Positions 60,893 through 64,000 of a stretch of DNA of 64,000 nucleotides are shown piece after piece; the first letter of the stretch is position 1; each line of letters opens with the position of its first letter. Origin of the DNA: Candidatus Omnitrophota bacterium (GTDB taxonomy: Bacteria > Omnitrophota > Omnitrophia > Omnitrophales > Aquincolibacteriaceae); NCBI GenBank assembly GCA_043808175.1, contig JAZDFE010000007.1, positions 16,099 through 80,098 of the forward strand, read 5' to 3'. The position numbers and the translations under genes were made by a program. The notes under the pieces were generated by a model. That model worked only from the letters and a program-made list of their open reading frames with translations, was not told the origin of the DNA and did no database searches.

Positions 60893-62035
60893 ATGCAAAA
60901 TTTTATTTACAAAAATCCCACCGAGGTCCTTTTTGGCAAAGGCATGATCCGCGAGATCACGGGACGTGTTCCCAAAGATCTCGGCGTGCTTTTTCTTTAT
61001 GGCGGTGGATCGATCAAAAAGAACGGCGTCTACACGCAGGTCAAGGCCGCGCTCAAAGGCCATCGCGTGACCGAATTCGGCGGTGTCGAACCCAACCCGC
61101 TCTATGAAACCTGCCTTAAAGCCGTCGAGGTTGTTAAAAAGGAAAAGATCGGTTTTATCATGGCGGTGGGGGGTGGCTCGGTCCTGGACGCCGCGAAATT
61201 CATCGCGGCCGCAGCGTGCTTCAGCGGAGCAGATCCATGGACTATTCTTCTGGAAGACGGCGCCAATGTCAAAACAGCGCTCCCGATCGGCACCGTGTTG
61301 ACGCTTCCCGCGACGGGCTCCGAAGTGAACGGAAATTCTGTGATCTCCCGGGGGGCGACCCGGGAAAAGCTTTATTTTTTTTCGCCTCACGTGTTTCCCC
61401 GGTTCTCTGTCTTGGATCCCGAAACGACATTTTCATTACCCGTCAAGCAAGTGCGCAATGGGATCGTGGACGCGTTCGTGCACGTGATGGAGCAGTACAT
61501 GACATATCCGGCGCATGCTCCGCTCCAGGACCGGATGGCGGAATCGCTTCTTCAAACCTTGATCGAAGTGGCGCCTTTGGCCTTGAACAAGCCCAAGGAC
61601 TATGAGGCCCGCGCGACATTCATGTGGAGCGCGGCGCTTGCGTTGAATACTTTGATCGGTTGCGGCGTGCCGCAGGATTGGTCGACACACATGATCGCCC
61701 ACGAGTTGACCGCTTTTTACGGGCTTGATCACGCGGAAACCCTGGCGATTGTTCTTCCGGGGGTCTGGCAATATAAATTGACCGCAAAAAAGAAAAAACT
61801 GGAACAGTATGGGCAACGCATTTGGAATGTTAAGACCGCGAAAGAGGCCATCCTGAAAACCGAAACGTTTTTTCATTCCATGAAGATGCCGACGCGTCTT
61901 GGCGACTACAAGATCTCCGCCAAGGAGGCCGCTCGCAAAGTGCGTGAACGCTTCAAAGAGAGAGACTCTGTTTTTGGTGAACACGGCGACATTACGCCTG
62001 ATGCCGTGGCAAAGATCATTGCTTCCCGCGTCTGA
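60893..62035 (+). CDS. Iron-containing (group III) alcohol dehydrogenase.
   Basis: Fe-ADH motifs are present (GGGSVLDAAKFIAAA, GTGSEVN, and metal-binding His residues HMIAHELTAFYGLDHAETLAIVL). Confidence 0.85.
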   Translation: MQNFIYKNPTEVLFGKGMIREITGRVPKDLGVLFLYGGGSIKKNGVYTQVKAALKGHRVTEFGGVEPNPLYETCLKAVEVVKKEKIGFIMAVGGGSVLDAAKFIAAAACFSGADPWTILLEDGANVKTALPIGTVLTLPATGSEVNGNSVISRGATREKLYFFSPHVFPRFSVLDPETTFSLPVKQVRNGIVDAFVHVMEQYMTYPAHAPLQDRMAESLLQTLIEVAPLALNKPKDYEARATFMWSAALALNTLIGCGVPQDWSTHMIAHELTAFYGLDHAETLAIVLPGVWQYKLTAKKKKLEQYGQRIWNVKTAKEAILKTETFFHSMKMPTRLGDYKISAKEAARKVRERFKERDSVFGEHGDITPDAVAKIIASRV

Positions 62036-62059
62036 GTTTTCTACCCAAGGAGCATCTCC

Positions 62060-63079
62060 ATGACGAGCACAAAGATCATTTGCACGCTGGGTCCCGCTTC
62101 AAGCCGGGCCAATGTCCTGCGGCAGATGATGCGTGCGGGAATGGATGTGGTACGGCTTAATTTTTCCCACGGAACGCTTGCGGAGCACCGGGAGAAGATC
62201 TGTCTCATCAGAGCGCTGAACAAAAAATATCGCCGCCGCATCCAAATCCTGGGAGATCTCGAAGGTTATCGAATGAGGATTGGTGAGCTGAAGGGGCAGA
62301 AGCCGGTCGAGGTCAAGAAGCGGCAGATTCTCTGGCTCACGACGGAAAACACGGTCGGAGAAAATTCCCATATTCCCTTTGATTGGGTGGGTTCTTTGCG
62401 ACCTATCAAACCAGGCCAGCTTATCTACATTGACGACGGTCTTATTGCCCTCAAAGTCGAGGCTCGTGATCAAAAAAATCTCAAGACTCGCGTGATCGTT
62501 GGAGGTGCGATCAAAGAACGCAAAGGAATCAATATGCCTGGCGTGCAATTGGATGTCACGGGGCTGACCCGGAAGGACAGGGAGGACATTCATTTTTGCA
62601 TCGAGCATAAAGTGGATTATATCGCACAATCTTTCGTACGGAATAAAAGGGATATTTTAGATCTCCGGTCTCATCTGAAAAGCCACTCCCACGAATGCGA
62701 CGTGATCGCCAAGATTGAGAACCGGGAAGGGATCCGAAATATCGATGAAATCATAAGCGTTTGCGAAGGGATCATGGTCGCACGCGGGGATATGGGGATC
62801 TCTGTTCCGATTTATGAAGTGCCCTCGATTCAGAAGAAGATCATTAAGAAATGCAATAAGGCGAAGAAATTCGTGATCACGGCGACCCAGATGCTTGAGA
62901 GCATGACGGAACATCCCATCCCGACCCGCGCCGAAGTCAGTGATGTGGCGAACGCAATTCTCGATGGAACGGACTACGTGATGCTTTCCGCCGAATCTGC
63001 CGCTGGCCTTTATCCCGTTCAATGCGTTGAAATGATGAGCCAGATCATTAAATTTACCGAAAAAAATCTTAGACAATGA
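62060..63079 (+). CDS. pyk: Pyruvate kinase, short form (339 aa; TIM-barrel plus lid domains only). The C-terminal allosteric domain of about 120 aa is absent.
   Basis: PK signatures are present ([53 protein letters not shown]). The ORF ends at TGA 63077-63079, exactly at the edge of a repeat insertion. Confidence 0.8.
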   Translation: MTSTKIICTLGPASSRANVLRQMMRAGMDVVRLNFSHGTLAEHREKICLIRALNKKYRRRIQILGDLEGYRMRIGELKGQKPVEVKKRQILWLTTENTVGENSHIPFDWVGSLRPIKPGQLIYIDDGLIALKVEARDQKNLKTRVIVGGAIKERKGINMPGVQLDVTGLTRKDREDIHFCIEHKVDYIAQSFVRNKRDILDLRSHLKSHSHECDVIAKIENREGIRNIDEIISVCEGIMVARGDMGISVPIYEVPSIQKKIIKKCNKAKKFVITATQMLESMTEHPIPTRAEVSDVANAILDGTDYVMLSAESAAGLYPVQCVEMMSQIIKFTEKNLRQ

Positions 63080-63084
63080 CTGTC
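63058..63084 (+). repeat. Left copy of a roughly 26-bp direct repeat (gaaaaaaatcttagacaATGActgtc). It contains the pyk stop codon. The right copy at 63221-63247 contains the ABC-F start codon.
   Basis: A 16-bp exact core, aatcttagacaatgac, is present in both copies. Flanks differ at 2 positions. Confidence 0.75.
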
Positions 63085-63230
63085 CCAACACCTATCAATT
63101 TCTACGTAGCGGCACTTGATTCTGTTTCAAAATGAAGGTAATCAGTGCCGCCCAAGTCGCCATTGATTAAAAGAAAACAAAGACTTGGGCGGAAATTGGG
63201 CGGTTATCATCAACCCTAATGGAAAAGAAT
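63085..63230 (+). repeat. Family-2 intergenic repeat, copy R2. It has an 11-bp perfect stem (ccgcccaagtc/gacttgggcgg) and a second hairpin (gcggcacttgatt/aatcagtgccgc).
   Basis: It is homologous to R1 (52209-52350) and R3 (36175-36307); see the shared modules listed there. Confidence 0.65.
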
Positions 63231-63238
63231 CTTAGACA

Positions 63239-64000
63239 ATGACCGTCTTATTACAAGTCAATGAATTGCACAAGGCCTATGGCGCTGTAACGATCCTCGA
63301 TAACGCCACCGCGTCATTCGGAGATGATCAAAAGATCGGTGTGATCGGCCGCAACGGGGCCGGGAAATCCACGCTTTGCCGTATCATCACCGGACACGAA
63401 TCGGCTGAAAGCGGTACCGTCACGCGCAACGCTGCGTTGCGCCTCTCCTATCTCGAACAGCATGATACGTTCAAGCCCGGGGAGCGGGTGGTGGACTTCC
63501 TGATGCGCACCACGCGGAGCGAGCATTGGGAGTGCGGGCAGATCGCCGCGCGGTTCCAGCTTGAAAATGAGATCCTTGAAGAATCCGTACGGAATCTTCC
63601 GGGAGGTTTTCAGACGCGCGTGAAGCTTGCGGCAATGCTTTTGGGCGACCCCAATTTCCTGATTCTTGACGAACCTAGCAACTATTTAGATTTGAGCACG
63701 TTGATCCTTTTAGAAAATTTTCTGCTCGATTTCAAAGGCGGGTATCTGGTCGTCTCCCACGATCGGGAATTCTTGAAGCGGACCTGTGATCACACGCTTG
63801 AGGTCGAGAACGGAGGGCTTGCCCTTTATCCCGGGGACATTGAAGAGTATTTCGAATTCAAGGAGGAGCAACTCGCCCAGAAACAGGCCTATAACCGCGG
63901 TCTCGACAAGAAACGGGAACAACTCCAGATCTTCATTGACCGGTTCAAGGCGAAGGCTTCCACGGCGACGCGTGCACAGTCGAAAATGAAACAACTCGCA
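63239..64000 (+). CDS. ABC-F family ATP-binding protein (N-terminal part; continues beyond the window).
   Basis: The start reads MTVLLQVNELHKAYGAVTIL. Walker A (GRNGAGKST), the signature (LPGGFQTRVKLA) and Walker B (LILDEPSNYLD) are present, then the inter-domain linker begins. Confidence 0.8.
   Translation, partial: MTVLLQVNELHKAYGAVTILDNATASFGDDQKIGVIGRNGAGKSTLCRIITGHESAESGTVTRNAALRLSYLEQHDTFKPGERVVDFLMRTTRSEHWECGQIAARFQLENEILEESVRNLPGGFQTRVKLAAMLLGDPNFLILDEPSNYLDLSTLILLENFLLDFKGGYLVVSHDREFLKRTCDHTLEVENGGLALYPGDIEEYFEFKEEQLAQKQAYNRGLDKKREQLQIFIDRFKAKASTATRAQSKMKQLA

Overview
This 64-kb window is a chromosomal core segment of a Gram-negative (diderm) bacterium with moderately high GC. I recognise about 58 protein-coding genes, and every one of them is on the + strand. 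I found no rRNA, tRNA, CRISPR array, transposase or prophage gene.

Gene content, in order:
- end of the ribosomal alpha operon (rpoA 3' end, rplQ)
- an aminotransferase and a short mfd
- surA-pdxA-rsmA
- a polyprenyl synthase, rsmI, purN, eno-ftsB
- ilvB-ilvN-ilvC-leuA/cimA
- aroE-pilD-aroC-aroK-aroB
- dprA, an RDD protein, two hypotheticals
- topA-xerC
- a large lipopolysaccharide core block: waaA, lpxK (interrupted), an LpxL-like acyltransferase fused to a DUF1022/ELM1 domain, a GT4-GT9 fusion, two single GT9 heptosyltransferases and one ORF with two GT9 domains, DUF3108, UPF0371, FmdB, the HldE kinase domain, kdsB, pyrG, kdsA, kdsD, a second LpxL-like gene, lptC/A-like and lptB
- hpf-ptsN, a YvcK-like gene, ptsH-ptsI
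- a PGI/PMI isomerase, a sugar nucleotidyltransferase, metK, ahcY, an iron-type alcohol dehydrogenase, a short pyruvate kinase and the start of an ABC-F ATPase.

The most unusual signals are two families of short non-coding-style repeats:
- **Family 1, in-frame coding insertions:** a roughly 90-bp element is inserted in-frame, without stop codons, into protein-coding sequence three times. One copy lies in the aroE N-terminus and two in a heptosyltransferase ORF. It carries an internal 9-bp hairpin that shows compensatory base changes between copies.
- **Family 2, intergenic repeats:** a roughly 130-160-bp hairpin-rich repeat sits directly upstream of three start codons (a heptosyltransferase, ptsN and the ABC-F gene).
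- **Pyruvate kinase / ABC-F junction:** a roughly 26-bp direct repeat flanks the family-2 copy at this junction.

Further oddities:
- an in-frame TAG splits lpxK;
- there are five tandem GT9 heptosyltransferase domains, including an internal ribosome-binding site plus ATG inside the double-domain ORF;
- Mfd and pyruvate kinase are unusually short;
- rpoN and rapZ are absent from the otherwise conserved lptB-hpf-ptsN-ptsH/I block.

Coordinates of small sequence motifs are accurate to about 1-2 nt.
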